Of a stretch of DNA of 64,000 bases, positions 23,871 through 33,869 are shown in pieces. Position numbers and translations under genes: made by a program. Every line of letters begins with the position of its first letter. Position 1 is the first letter of the stretch. The notes below the pieces were generated by a model. That model worked only from the letters and a program-made list of their open reading frames with translations, was not told the DNA's origin and did not search any database. Source of the stretch: Minisyncoccia bacterium (GTDB taxonomy: Bacteria; Patescibacteriota; Minisyncoccia; Phycocordibacterales; UBA9973); NCBI GenBank assembly GCA_038249055.1, contig JBBRWS010000005.1, forward strand, positions 1,822 to 65,821, read 5' to 3'.

Positions 23871-26621
23871 TTAATGAGTTGGTGCGTGCCCAGCACTTGC
23901 GGGGGCTGTTCCTGCTGGTTTTGCTGCTGCTGCAGGTGTTGGGTGTGCAGGCGCAGGACTTCCCCCTCCTCCATGTGAACTAACACTTTTGGTTACAATA
24001 CCTAATCTTATATTATCTACGGCTTCATCGGTACCCTTTCTTGTACTTCCTGCAGATAAAATATTAGCCCATTTGTTTAAATTACTGCCAAGCATTGTCG
24101 CGTATTCTTTTGCAAGCTGATTACTGTCGTGTTCAATTTTGTGATCAATATCTTTAATTTCTTTGGTAACACCTATTATATTTTTACCGTTTTGTGCACC
24201 TGTATCAGTATAATAATTATTCGTTCCAGCAATTTGACCACCAGATTTAATATTACTTAATTTACTATTTTCTACTCTAATTTCAGTAGAAATTCTAGCC
24301 CTTTCACCTGGGTCTGCTTCATCACTTAGTTGTTGTCTTAGTCTAACTAGGTTAGCGTCAATATCATGAATATCTTTTGAGTATTTATCCTCAATAATTT
24401 TTTTATCAACATTTGCCTTTCTTTTTTTGATTTCACTATCTTTATTAACAATTTTCTTGAGGTCTTCTGCTCTCTTTGTTCTTTTTGCAAGTTTATCTTC
24501 TTCTGCTTTTTTATAGCCACCCTCTTTTGGCTTACCGAGACTCTTTAATCCAGTATCAGAGAGACCTTTACCTGCAATTTTTACTCCACGAAGGTCCATA
24601 CTTCCACTACCCGCAGCTGCTCCACCCTTCAATAACATTTTAGCCCCAAATCCCTTAATTCCACCTTTTGATTCAATCTCAGCTAATTTACTTGAACTGG
24701 CCATTTTACTACCCAATCTACCAAGTGTTGCCCTTCCAGCTATTGCTGCTCCTCCAGTTGCTACTCCAAGAGCAAGTCCTCCTGCAACTGCTCCAACTTT
24801 TGATATAGCAGCACCTACTTCTCCAGACATATCTACAGCGATACTTTTTGCTTTCATTAGAAGAATCATTATAAAAGCGAAAGGAACTACGATAGCAATA
24901 ACAAAAGTCAATCCACCCTTACCTGTTTTCATACTAGCATCAATGATACCAAGTCCTTTATCCATAAATCCCACAATAATATACATAAAAAATGCAAACA
25001 CAGGAGCAACAAAAGCCATTTTTAAAGTATCTGGCCACCATTTTTTCCACCCTATCATTTTTATATCTTGAAGTTGGGGTACTATATAACTAAAAAATGC
25101 GAGAGGTGCCAAAATCATTGCTAGCCATAGTCCGACAACTCTTGCTATAAAAACAAAAGCGGAAGACAAAAAAGCTATAGTTCCAACGATGTTTACGGCC
25201 GTTGCAAGGAAAATAACTATTATAAAAGTACCAGTTGAAATACCCTGTTTTGTTTTTGTTTGGTCTTCACCGGTCATAGTTCCTCTAATTGGTATAGACT
25301 CAACTTCACTGGCTCTCATTATAAGTTCTTGTGGATTTACTTTTGAAACAATAGCTTCAGATAATTTAATTTCTCCAAAATCACCCAATTCACTTTTAGT
25401 TGGAAGAGGGTTACCACTAGCATCTTTTTGGGCAGTACCAGTAACAATTGTTTTTTGATTATAAAATACTCGAGTTAAAATATTTGAAGCATCTATTATT
25501 ACTTGGGTTGCAAACAAACTAAAATTTATCAAAAGCCCGATAATAACAACATTTATTATCATTTCTTTTGTTTTGACATTGTGTAAATTTAAAATAGTTC
25601 CAAATGCAATATAGAGCAAAACGAAAATAAAGAACATATTACAAAAATCTTTTACTATTCCCCATCCTTCTACAACAAAAGATGAACGATAAGAAGTGTC
25701 ACTAATAGAATACATCAATGTAAAGTCTAATGCTTTTCCAGAAAGACCAAAAACAAATGAAGATGTTTTAAAAAATAAGTAATATAGAGCTTGAGCAATA
25801 CAACCTGAAAACCAAGAACTTGGGCTAGTAACATCACAAGTTGGAAGATCTCCAGCATTGCTTCCTTCTGATATTTTAACTTCACCACTACCCAGAGCAC
25901 CTATATTTTGTTGTATTTTGTTTGCAGTTGTTAAAGGATTTAATGTTGCTGCAGGAAAGTAACTTTTTTCTTCTGTAACTCCAGAAATTGATTCTCCATT
26001 ACCCTCCGCACTTCCGCACTGCGACGCCGTACAAGCAAGATAGTATAATGTTGTTTTATAAGAAGTATCTGGTTCCAATTGTGTAAAGTCGCCATTTATA
26101 TTTTTTCTAATAGAAATATCCAACTCTATACTAGTAGGCATTGTAGATTCCCCTCTCATTTCTGTATAATTTTTACCAGGTGGAGTTAAAATAAATGAAG
26201 TAGCATCTAACCACCCAACTTTATTTGTTTTTAAATTTTCAAATTTTAAAATAAAAGTATTAGGAGTTTCAAAATTTTTACAAGCACCCCCTAAAGTAAG
26301 AACACACGTCGCAATATTACCTGAAGTTGCTACATATTTCCAAGCATCGCTTGCGTTGGAATTTTTAGGTAATCCCGTATCTAATATAAGATGTAGGTCT
26401 GCAGTTGCCAGTGTTTCATCTACGTAAGTTGTATTATTGCGACTTAAAATACTAGCTGAAAAGTTTTGAGTGAATGCTTCTTTTGAGCCATCTCTTTCTA
26501 CTGCTTCTGCTTTTGAACTTTTTATTTCTATACTTTTTCCATCTAACCCAACACTAATAGGCGCGAAGAGATTCGCGAAGATGATAAAAGATATTAAAGT
26601 ATATGATAAAACTTTTTTCAT
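23871..26621 (-). CDS. Large polytopic membrane protein with signal peptide and Pro/Ala-rich C-terminal tail; VirB6/TrbL-like candidate
   Basis: 916 aa; N-terminal signal; about 300-aa periplasmic region; at least 6 TMs between residues about 290-620; coiled-coil; C-terminus GGGGSPAPAHPTPAAAAKPAGTAPASAGHAPTH encoded by a locally GC-rich segment. Confidence 0.35.
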   Translation of the reverse strand: MKKVLSYTLISFIIFANLFAPISVGLDGKSIEIKSSKAEAVERDGSKEAFTQNFSASILSRNNTTYVDETLATADLHLILDTGLPKNSNASDAWKYVATSGNIATCVLTLGGACKNFETPNTFILKFENLKTNKVGWLDATSFILTPPGKNYTEMRGESTMPTSIELDISIRKNINGDFTQLEPDTSYKTTLYYLACTASQCGSAEGNGESISGVTEEKSYFPAATLNPLTTANKIQQNIGALGSGEVKISEGSNAGDLPTCDVTSPSSWFSGCIAQALYYLFFKTSSFVFGLSGKALDFTLMYSISDTSYRSSFVVEGWGIVKDFCNMFFIFVLLYIAFGTILNLHNVKTKEMIINVVIIGLLINFSLFATQVIIDASNILTRVFYNQKTIVTGTAQKDASGNPLPTKSELGDFGEIKLSEAIVSKVNPQELIMRASEVESIPIRGTMTGEDQTKTKQGISTGTFIIVIFLATAVNIVGTIAFLSSAFVFIARVVGLWLAMILAPLAFFSYIVPQLQDIKMIGWKKWWPDTLKMAFVAPVFAFFMYIIVGFMDKGLGIIDASMKTGKGGLTFVIAIVVPFAFIMILLMKAKSIAVDMSGEVGAAISKVGAVAGGLALGVATGGAAIAGRATLGRLGSKMASSSKLAEIESKGGIKGFGAKMLLKGGAAAGSGSMDLRGVKIAGKGLSDTGLKSLGKPKEGGYKKAEEDKLAKRTKRAEDLKKIVNKDSEIKKRKANVDKKIIEDKYSKDIHDIDANLVRLRQQLSDEADPGERARISTEIRVENSKLSNIKSGGQIAGTNNYYTDTGAQNGKNIIGVTKEIKDIDHKIEHDSNQLAKEYATMLGSNLNKWANILSAGSTRKGTDEAVDNIRLGIVTKSVSSHGGGGSPAPAHPTPAAAAKPAGTAPASAGHAPTH

Positions 26622-26654
26622 TTATTATCTAACAAAACCATTATAGCATTTTAA

Positions 26655-26690
26655 TTTAATATTAAATTAAAATGCTAATTTTTTAAACAA
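26655..26690. repeat. Perfect AT-only palindrome TAGCATTTTAATTTAAT/ATTAAATTAAAATGCTA between two co-oriented cluster genes
   Basis: 16-bp perfect inverted repeat; candidate operator or weak attenuator. Confidence 0.4.
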
Positions 26691-26800
26691 AAACTTAACT
26701 AAAAACTTCAGATTCATTTCATCTCCACTTCCTAATTTAATTATTAATTAGTAGTTTTGATTTAATAAAATCTCTCCTAGATTAATTATTAATTAAACCA

Positions 26801-29800
26801 CTACCAAATATTTAAAATTCTTTCTGTGCTATTCATATCTATGCTATCTACCCATTTACAACCCCTATCTATATTTTGATAATAATTACTAGGAAGTCCT
26901 CCCTCTGATCCTGTTTTTAATCCAGTTCCCCATGCCCAACAGTTTGAATATTCATTATTACCTATATTAAAGTTATTAAAGGTATCACAATCAATTCCGT
27001 CTGTAGTTTTACCTGTAAAATATCCAGATGCAACCCTGCATGATACATTTCTACCACTAGCATTATATATAGGTTCTAATAAACCAACTTCAGTGTAGCC
27101 AAATTGATCAGTGTCGGTGTCTGCTATTTTGTAAGGGTATGAACCATTTGTTCCTTTTGTATACCATGGATTTCCATGTCTAATTCCTGTAAAACCATTA
27201 GCATAAGGATTCGTTCCAAGATTAAATACAAAATTACTGTTTGCTTCTCTTGCAAATTCTGCTCCAGAATTAGCTTCACACAAATCTTTGTTACGTGAGC
27301 AAAAATCATTAAAACCACTATTATCATTTAGTTCCAAGTAGCATTTTTTTGTTAGGTTATCAATTTGACTAGCAAAATTTGTATTCTGTTCAATCTCATT
27401 ATATATTGTTGAAATATCTTCTACTGTTTTAAGGGATGATGATATTAGATAAAATTTGCGAAGCAATATGTCCAGTTGTGCTTTTTCTGCATCGTTAAAT
27501 GTTAAAGGGTTTTGTTCTATTAATAAACATTTATTGGCTCCACCACTTTCACATTTGTCCCCGTTTACAACTTTAGGTGGCTTACAGTCAGATTTATTTA
27601 TACATGCTTTTGTCTCAGTATCAGTTATCATCGGAGAAACACAAGGTCCAGGAACTTCACACTTGTCCCCAATTACAATTTTAGGTGACTTACAATCAGA
27701 TTTATTTATACATGCTTTTGTCTCAGTATCAGTTATCATCGGAGAAACACAAGGTCCAGGAACTTCACACTTGTCCCCAATTACAATTTTAGGTGACTTA
27801 CAGTCAGATTTATTTATACACAGTTTAGTTTCAGTGTCTGTGATTTTTGGAGAAAGACAAGGTACTGGTAATGAACTTGTTACTGTAAATGTTGTCCAGG
27901 CTCCACAGTTATTGTTTTCATTTACTTCTGTAATTAATCCATCGTCTACTGCTGATTTTTTATCTGCACAGGCACGTATATAATATGTACCCGCAGAAGT
28001 AAATTTATATGAAACTTTTGCAGTGTTACTAGTTTTTGGTGACATTATTGGAATAGTAACATCAAGCGACACCAGAGAAGAAGAGTTAGATGAGCTACTT
28101 GTACCAGGATTACTTTGAGTTATTGCAAAGAAAGATGAAAATGTTTTTAAAGTAGAACCACCCCCAATATTTGTTATTGTTGAGGAAAGCGTTGTTTGTG
28201 TATTTATAAGAGAGCTTGCAGGAGTAACATTTCCAGCTGTTAAATCAGGTTCTGTTCCTGAAGGAGAAGTTGATTCTGAGTTGTGTTCAGCTACATATTC
28301 TTTATTTAAATCCCCATTAACGTGACACTCAGGATCCGCATTGTCTATTAGTAAGTCGTTGTCGTTATTATTTATTTTATCGTTACATTCATATTTTGTT
28401 TCACCAAATCCACTTACAAAAATATTTACAAAACCAGCACCTGAGCCGAGATCTCCTTTACAGGTTACAGAGTATGAAGTATTTTCTGTAAGTGGTCCTG
28501 TTTCAAAAGAGCCAGCAGTAGCAGTTCCTCTTCCAGTTCCTGCATCACAAGATGTACTGTTTGTTGAGGTCCAATTAATAGTTGAAGAAGCTCCAAGTGC
28601 AACTGAACTCGGACTGGCAGTAACTTTGACTGTTGGAAAAGTATTACTTCCACCGGTAACAAAAACATAAACACTATTGTTGCTTGAACCGTTTAATCCC
28701 GTACATGTTACTGAATATGAATTACTGTCTTTGAGTGGTCCTGTTTCAAAAGAACCAGAAGTTCCAGACCCCCTTCCAGTTCCTGCGTCACAAGACGTAC
28801 TGTTTGTGGAAGTCCAACTTATAGTTGAAGATGCACCAGGAGCAACTGAACTTGGGCTAGCTGTAACACGGACTGTTGGAAATTTATTTCCAAAACCAAA
28901 ATCGTCACAAGTAGGAGGATTTATTGCTCCGTTTATACATTTATTAGAATCAATAGGACCAGTAGTACAAACAGGAGGATTTGTTGCTCCATTTATACAT
29001 TTATTAGAATCAATAGGACCAGTAGTACAAACAGGAGGATTTGTTGTTCCATTTATACACTTGTTGTCGGTACCCACGTTACAAATCTCAGGATTTATTG
29101 CTCCATTTAGACATTTATTATCAGAAGTAATAGTACAAAGCGGAGGATTAATTGTTCCATTTATACACTTATTGTCAGAAGTAATAGTACAAAGCTGAGG
29201 ATTTGTTGCCCCATTGAGACACTTGTTGTCAGAGCCAATAGTACAAAGCTGAGGATTTGTTGCCCCATTGAGACACTTGTTGTCAGAGCCAATAGTACAA
29301 AGCTGAGGATTTGTTGCCCCATTAAGACATTTATTATCGGAGCCCACAGTACAAATTGGAGGATTAATTGTTCCATTTATACATTTATTATCAGAAGTAA
29401 TAGTACAAAGTGGAGGATTAATTGTTCCATTCACACATTTATTTTCAGAACCTATAGTACAAAGCGGAGGATTAATAGCTCCATTAATACATTCACTTTC
29501 TAAAATACTATCGCAAAGAGGAGGGTTGTTTGCTTTGTTTAGACACGTATTGTCAGAGTTAATAGTACAAAGCGGAGGATTAATTGTTCCATTTATACAT
29601 TTATTATCAGACCCTACAGTACAAAGCGGAGGATTAATTGTTCCATTTAAACATGAACCATTTACTAAAATAGTACAAAGTGGAGGATTAATTGTTTCGT
29701 TTAAACATAAATTACGTGAAACTGTAGTACAATTTGGGGGGTTGTTTGCCCCATTTAAACATAAATTATTTGAGTCTATAGTACAAAGTGGAGAATTAAC

Positions 29801-30775
29801 CGCTCCGTTTACGCATGCTTTTTTAGAGGGAGTCACGTTAAATAAATTATTTAAAAATCTAGAGAAAGAATCAAAAAAAGTATTTGTAGCTCCACTGTTT
29901 CTTATTGTAATTCTACCACTACCCTCATTGGATATATTTTCATTTGCGATACCGAATACCGAACTTCCTGCGGTTGTTTTTATTATTGTAGGATTGAAAA
30001 GAGATACGCCATCACCTTTTTTAAGATCTTCACCTGCTTGAGCTATTATTTTTAAAGAATTACCAAAAAGATTTTCGTCTCCTGGAGAACCCCAAGCTCT
30101 TGTGTTGGGATTAAACAACCACTCTCCTCCACTAGGATTCAATGTCCAAACTTTTGTATTTGAATCATAAACCCAACCACCTGTTGGTGGTACAGGGACG
30201 GTCTCAGGTGAAACCCAGGCTCTAGCTGTTGAATCATAAACCCAACCTCCGCCAGTTGTACTTAGTGTCCATTTTCTTGTATCGGAACTGTATATCCATC
30301 CACCTACTGGCTGTGATGGAATACCTTGCGGTGCAATCCATTTTCCTGAATTAGAATTAAATACCCACTCTCCTTTGTTTGGATTAAGTGTCCATTCGCC
30401 TTTTCCTGGGTTAAATTTCCAACCCCCAATATTTAAGGTATTGTTATTTATTAAAATTTCCCCTTTATCATTATATTTTATGTCACTTAATGCAAAACCA
30501 AACACATCCGTGCCCCCGGTTGCTTTTATTACAATTGGATTTACTAGAGATACCTCATCCCCCTTTTTTATATCACCACCTGCTTTAGTTGTTATAGATA
30601 CACCTTTTGAGTTACTTGATGGTAACAAAGGAGAAAATATTTTAGCAATAGTGTTTGAAGTTTTTACACCAAAAATATCTCGATTTTTGATTAATAAATA
30701 TCCCAAAATCAAAAGAAATAGAATAACAATCAATGTTATTATTAGCGCTTTACTTTTTTTGGGTTTATTTTCCAT
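26801..30775 (-). CDS. Giant repeat-rich cell-surface protein (1324 aa) with Trp-repeat region, about 12 Cys-containing 19-20-aa repeats (CxNGxxNPPxCTxxSDNK), two ~75-aa Ig-like repeats and three ~40-aa CxSPxITDTETKxCINKSDCK repeats
   Basis: N-terminal TM/signal; internal periodicity visible at protein level and as perfect DNA repeats (e.g. 57-60-nt units at about 28.96-29.32 kb; ~120-nt units at about 27.6-27.85 kb). Confidence 0.55.
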   Translation of the reverse strand: MENKPKKSKALIITLIVILFLLILGYLLIKNRDIFGVKTSNTIAKIFSPLLPSSNSKGVSITTKAGGDIKKGDEVSLVNPIVIKATGGTDVFGFALSDIKYNDKGEILINNNTLNIGGWKFNPGKGEWTLNPNKGEWVFNSNSGKWIAPQGIPSQPVGGWIYSSDTRKWTLSTTGGGWVYDSTARAWVSPETVPVPPTGGWVYDSNTKVWTLNPSGGEWLFNPNTRAWGSPGDENLFGNSLKIIAQAGEDLKKGDGVSLFNPTIIKTTAGSSVFGIANENISNEGSGRITIRNSGATNTFFDSFSRFLNNLFNVTPSKKACVNGAVNSPLCTIDSNNLCLNGANNPPNCTTVSRNLCLNETINPPLCTILVNGSCLNGTINPPLCTVGSDNKCINGTINPPLCTINSDNTCLNKANNPPLCDSILESECINGAINPPLCTIGSENKCVNGTINPPLCTITSDNKCINGTINPPICTVGSDNKCLNGATNPQLCTIGSDNKCLNGATNPQLCTIGSDNKCLNGATNPQLCTITSDNKCINGTINPPLCTITSDNKCLNGAINPEICNVGTDNKCINGTTNPPVCTTGPIDSNKCINGATNPPVCTTGPIDSNKCINGAINPPTCDDFGFGNKFPTVRVTASPSSVAPGASSTISWTSTNSTSCDAGTGRGSGTSGSFETGPLKDSNSYSVTCTGLNGSSNNSVYVFVTGGSNTFPTVKVTASPSSVALGASSTINWTSTNSTSCDAGTGRGTATAGSFETGPLTENTSYSVTCKGDLGSGAGFVNIFVSGFGETKYECNDKINNNDNDLLIDNADPECHVNGDLNKEYVAEHNSESTSPSGTEPDLTAGNVTPASSLINTQTTLSSTITNIGGGSTLKTFSSFFAITQSNPGTSSSSNSSSLVSLDVTIPIMSPKTSNTAKVSYKFTSAGTYYIRACADKKSAVDDGLITEVNENNNCGAWTTFTVTSSLPVPCLSPKITDTETKLCINKSDCKSPKIVIGDKCEVPGPCVSPMITDTETKACINKSDCKSPKIVIGDKCEVPGPCVSPMITDTETKACINKSDCKPPKVVNGDKCESGGANKCLLIEQNPLTFNDAEKAQLDILLRKFYLISSSLKTVEDISTIYNEIEQNTNFASQIDNLTKKCYLELNDNSGFNDFCSRNKDLCEANSGAEFAREANSNFVFNLGTNPYANGFTGIRHGNPWYTKGTNGSYPYKIADTDTDQFGYTEVGLLEPIYNASGRNVSCRVASGYFTGKTTDGIDCDTFNNFNIGNNEYSNCWAWGTGLKTGSEGGLPSNYYQNIDRGCKWVDSIDMNSTERILNIW
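27560..29720. repeat. Intragenic perfect and near-perfect tandem DNA repeats inside the giant surface-protein gene
   Basis: Identical 57-60-nt units in tandem (x2 and x3) and ~120-nt units; all in-frame coding repeats. Confidence 0.7.
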
Positions 30776-30801
30776 AATTTATTTAATATATTAACTATTT
30801 A

Positions 30802-33800
30802 TTATCTTCGATATCCACTACCACCACTAACAGATGTTCTTGTTCCACTAGTACCTGGATTTACATAACCAGGACAAGTTGGGTCGTTCTTGTCTGCTAA
30901 TCCATTTAAGTCATCATCTATTCCGTTAAAACATCTTTCAAAATCAACAGATATATTTGAAATAGAGCTTGCATCATAAACTTGAATATTTTCTTCAGCA
31001 AAACATTCCTTATATTCTTTTAAGTAGTCTTCCTTAGATAGAATTTTACCAGTAGTTACTAATTCATTTATACATGCGTAATATTCTCTATCACAAGCGA
31101 CAGTACCACGTTCATTTTCCATACACTCAGTTTTAGCATCTTCACATGTTGATGTTGCGGTTGAATTAATTTTATTTATTTGTAGTAATAAATTAGCATC
31201 GCGTCTGTTTTGAGCGGCCACAATTATTTTACTAACTTCAGTTCTAATAGATTCAAGTTTAGAAATATTTATTTTTGCCTGAGCGACAGAATCACTGTAT
31301 TCTTGTTTTGATTTATAAATCTCATTATCATAAAAGATAATGTCTTTTGTTAAATCATAACCACCTGCAGCCATTGGCATATATGATGGATTTTTATAAG
31401 TATTTGCGGGTTCAGATTCTACTTCAACGTATTCCTTAGTTACATTATTGAAATATAGTCTATTGATCATTTTATCAAATGAGTCATAAAACCCCTGGAA
31501 CAAGAAATTGTTTACATAATCTGTAAAGCTGTCTTTATATCTTGTCCTCAATTGTATTCTGTCGTCTTCATCTGAACTTAATTTAGAATTATTGTCGTAA
31601 GTATAACTTCCCCCACTAGCATCCCAAAATCTAGTAAAAGTCCATATCAAATTCCATTGAGATTTCCACCCAGTTAAAAGTGTTGCCCATACTTTTTGGT
31701 TATCTTTATAAATATTTTGCAAATTATCATATGTCCATTGACCAGGACCATCTATTTTTACTCCAAATCTTTTATTTGAGCTATCGATTGCACCCACAAA
31801 TATTGAACCAACCCAATTTTGATATGCACTTTGTGCCTCAGCTGAATTTGATTTGTAGCTTGGATTTGGGCCAGGAAGACAGTAATCTAACTCTCCTAGT
31901 TTTGGCATTACTGTGGGTAAAACTTTTAGTATTTCAGTTGCAGCAACTACATAATCTTGTTGTATTTGAATGACACCACGGTTTTTTATAGGACTAGGTT
32001 GTCCTTTTTTCCAGTTTTGCCACTCATATCCATTCCAGAAAGCTCTATCGCCAACTTGCCATCCGTTATATCCATTATCAACAATCTTTGTGTTTCCTGG
32101 AGTTGTTACTTCCCAATATATATTTGTAGATATTTGGTTTTTGTTGTCATCATATACTGGAGGCAGATAACCACTCATTATTTGATCAAATTTGTCTGTT
32201 CTATTTATACTAGAATTTGCATTCCAAGTTCCTGCTTTATATGTATTTTCGTGTATATAAGTATTTCCTAAATCTCTGGTTAAATTAAACCCATCATAAG
32301 CGCCGTTGTTATCATATGGAGTGTTTCCATCTAAACTAGTAAAACTATTTATGTTGTCAGTCCAATTTGATGTATTTTCTACTTTATCTGAAAGCCCAGA
32401 AAGACCACCACCTTCTAGTTTTGAAATTAAAATAGAAAATAAAGCATTTAGCGAGTCATTTATGGTTTTTGCAAGTTCGAGCTGGCGTTCTGGGGAGTTT
32501 AGATAATTGGTTGTCTTATCTCGGATAATGCTTCCTGGTGTTGTTATTTTCCAATCAACACACTTGTCGAAATTTGGAGTTGTTGTACTTTTTGTTGGTT
32601 TAAATACCGATGTGGTCATAGTTTTTAAACCAGCAGCGGCAGATTTGGCAGAGATGGATGGAGTTTCTTTAAGAGGGTCACCTTCTTTGTCGTACCACTG
32701 CCACAATATGCACTCCTTTTGACTTAAAAATCCATTATTTTCAGCGAGTTGAGATTTTTGTTCCGTAACCTGTTGGACTTGGGTGTTTGTTAAATATTGA
32801 TTAGCAAGCATACTAAAACCCAAAGGATTGTTTTGGTCTCTTTGTGTTAATGCCATATACCCATCCCAACCACCCACAGAAAAATCATTTTGAAAATTAT
32901 TGTTTGCTTGTTGAGCTCTTTGAAGAGCTGTTTGAGTATTGTCTACTTGGTTTAATTGATCATTTGAATAAAAAGATTTTGGGTCTGAAATAAAAGCTCC
33001 TAAATCAGATTGAAGTCCCCCAAGAAAACCAGAGGAACTTGCCCCCACTCCTAAATTGCTTCGACTACTTGTTATTTTTGTTTCAGCAAATTCTCTAGCA
33101 TATGGATTTCCAAAAGCTTTATCAAGAAGGATGTCTGTTCCTGTTTCGATTACATTTCTTTCAATACTATTTGTAAAATTACGCATATTTTGAACGAAGA
33201 AGGGGTTACCTCCATATCCAGAATTCACCCAATTCATTGCACTACGAGTCATAGCGGTAAGTTGATTCTTTGCAAGAGTAATAGCAATTCCATCTAAACA
33301 TTGCTCCTTTGTGGATGTTTCAGCTGCTTGCTCATTTGCCTTATTTAATTCTTGGATAGTTTCTTTGCTTGTTGCATCAACGGCAGCTTTACACGCGTCT
33401 TCTCCTCCAATTTTTAATTCTTCAAGCCCTGTTTTTAATGCAGTAACTAAATCATTAACAAAAGGAATTGAACCTACTCCTGCTTCAGCACCTGTCTTTA
33501 TTCCAGCACAGGCTGTTCTAAGTTGTTCCCTTGTTTTTTTTATTTTATCTGCAGCAGCAAGTGCTGTTTTTTTAGGAGATTGTATAAATTTAATCATCCA
33601 AGTTGAAACTTTGTTTACAATACCTGTACACCCAACAACGTTTGTAAGTAAGTTTGAATTTACAACATCACTAATTTTAAATTTGTATGGATTGCTGCCT
33701 CCTTGGTTTGGGTTAGAATAAAGGTCGGACATATTAGTGGCTGCATATGTAGGTAAAGCAAATTGAAAAATAGATACTATAAATACAAACATAATCAATC

Positions 33801-33834
33801 CTGAAATTATTTTTGTGATAGTTTGTTTATTCAT
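30802..33834 (-). CDS. Large secreted protein (1010 aa), hypothetical; Cys-rich C-terminal module
   Basis: Cleavable-looking signal (..FALPTYAATN); no recognisable enzymatic motif. Confidence 0.45.
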   Translation of the reverse strand: MNKQTITKIISGLIMFVFIVSIFQFALPTYAATNMSDLYSNPNQGGSNPYKFKISDVVNSNLLTNVVGCTGIVNKVSTWMIKFIQSPKKTALAAADKIKKTREQLRTACAGIKTGAEAGVGSIPFVNDLVTALKTGLEELKIGGEDACKAAVDATSKETIQELNKANEQAAETSTKEQCLDGIAITLAKNQLTAMTRSAMNWVNSGYGGNPFFVQNMRNFTNSIERNVIETGTDILLDKAFGNPYAREFAETKITSSRSNLGVGASSSGFLGGLQSDLGAFISDPKSFYSNDQLNQVDNTQTALQRAQQANNNFQNDFSVGGWDGYMALTQRDQNNPLGFSMLANQYLTNTQVQQVTEQKSQLAENNGFLSQKECILWQWYDKEGDPLKETPSISAKSAAAGLKTMTTSVFKPTKSTTTPNFDKCVDWKITTPGSIIRDKTTNYLNSPERQLELAKTINDSLNALFSILISKLEGGGLSGLSDKVENTSNWTDNINSFTSLDGNTPYDNNGAYDGFNLTRDLGNTYIHENTYKAGTWNANSSINRTDKFDQIMSGYLPPVYDDNKNQISTNIYWEVTTPGNTKIVDNGYNGWQVGDRAFWNGYEWQNWKKGQPSPIKNRGVIQIQQDYVVAATEILKVLPTVMPKLGELDYCLPGPNPSYKSNSAEAQSAYQNWVGSIFVGAIDSSNKRFGVKIDGPGQWTYDNLQNIYKDNQKVWATLLTGWKSQWNLIWTFTRFWDASGGSYTYDNNSKLSSDEDDRIQLRTRYKDSFTDYVNNFLFQGFYDSFDKMINRLYFNNVTKEYVEVESEPANTYKNPSYMPMAAGGYDLTKDIIFYDNEIYKSKQEYSDSVAQAKINISKLESIRTEVSKIIVAAQNRRDANLLLQINKINSTATSTCEDAKTECMENERGTVACDREYYACINELVTTGKILSKEDYLKEYKECFAEENIQVYDASSISNISVDFERCFNGIDDDLNGLADKNDPTCPGYVNPGTSGTRTSVSGGSGYRR

Positions 33835-33869
33835 AAATAATTATTTATAGTATATCATTTTTATGTCTT

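Noticed and set aside
27560-29720. Regularly spaced perfect direct repeats that superficially resemble a CRISPR array
   Set aside because: Repeats are contiguous with no unique spacers, are in-frame coding units of a large ORF, and no cas genes are nearby.
27456-30041. Several 170-175-aa plus-strand ORFs (27456..27983, 28677..29198, 29526..30041) with internally repetitive translations
   Set aside because: They are antisense shadows of the repeat-rich 1324-aa minus-strand gene; their periodicity just mirrors the coding repeats.
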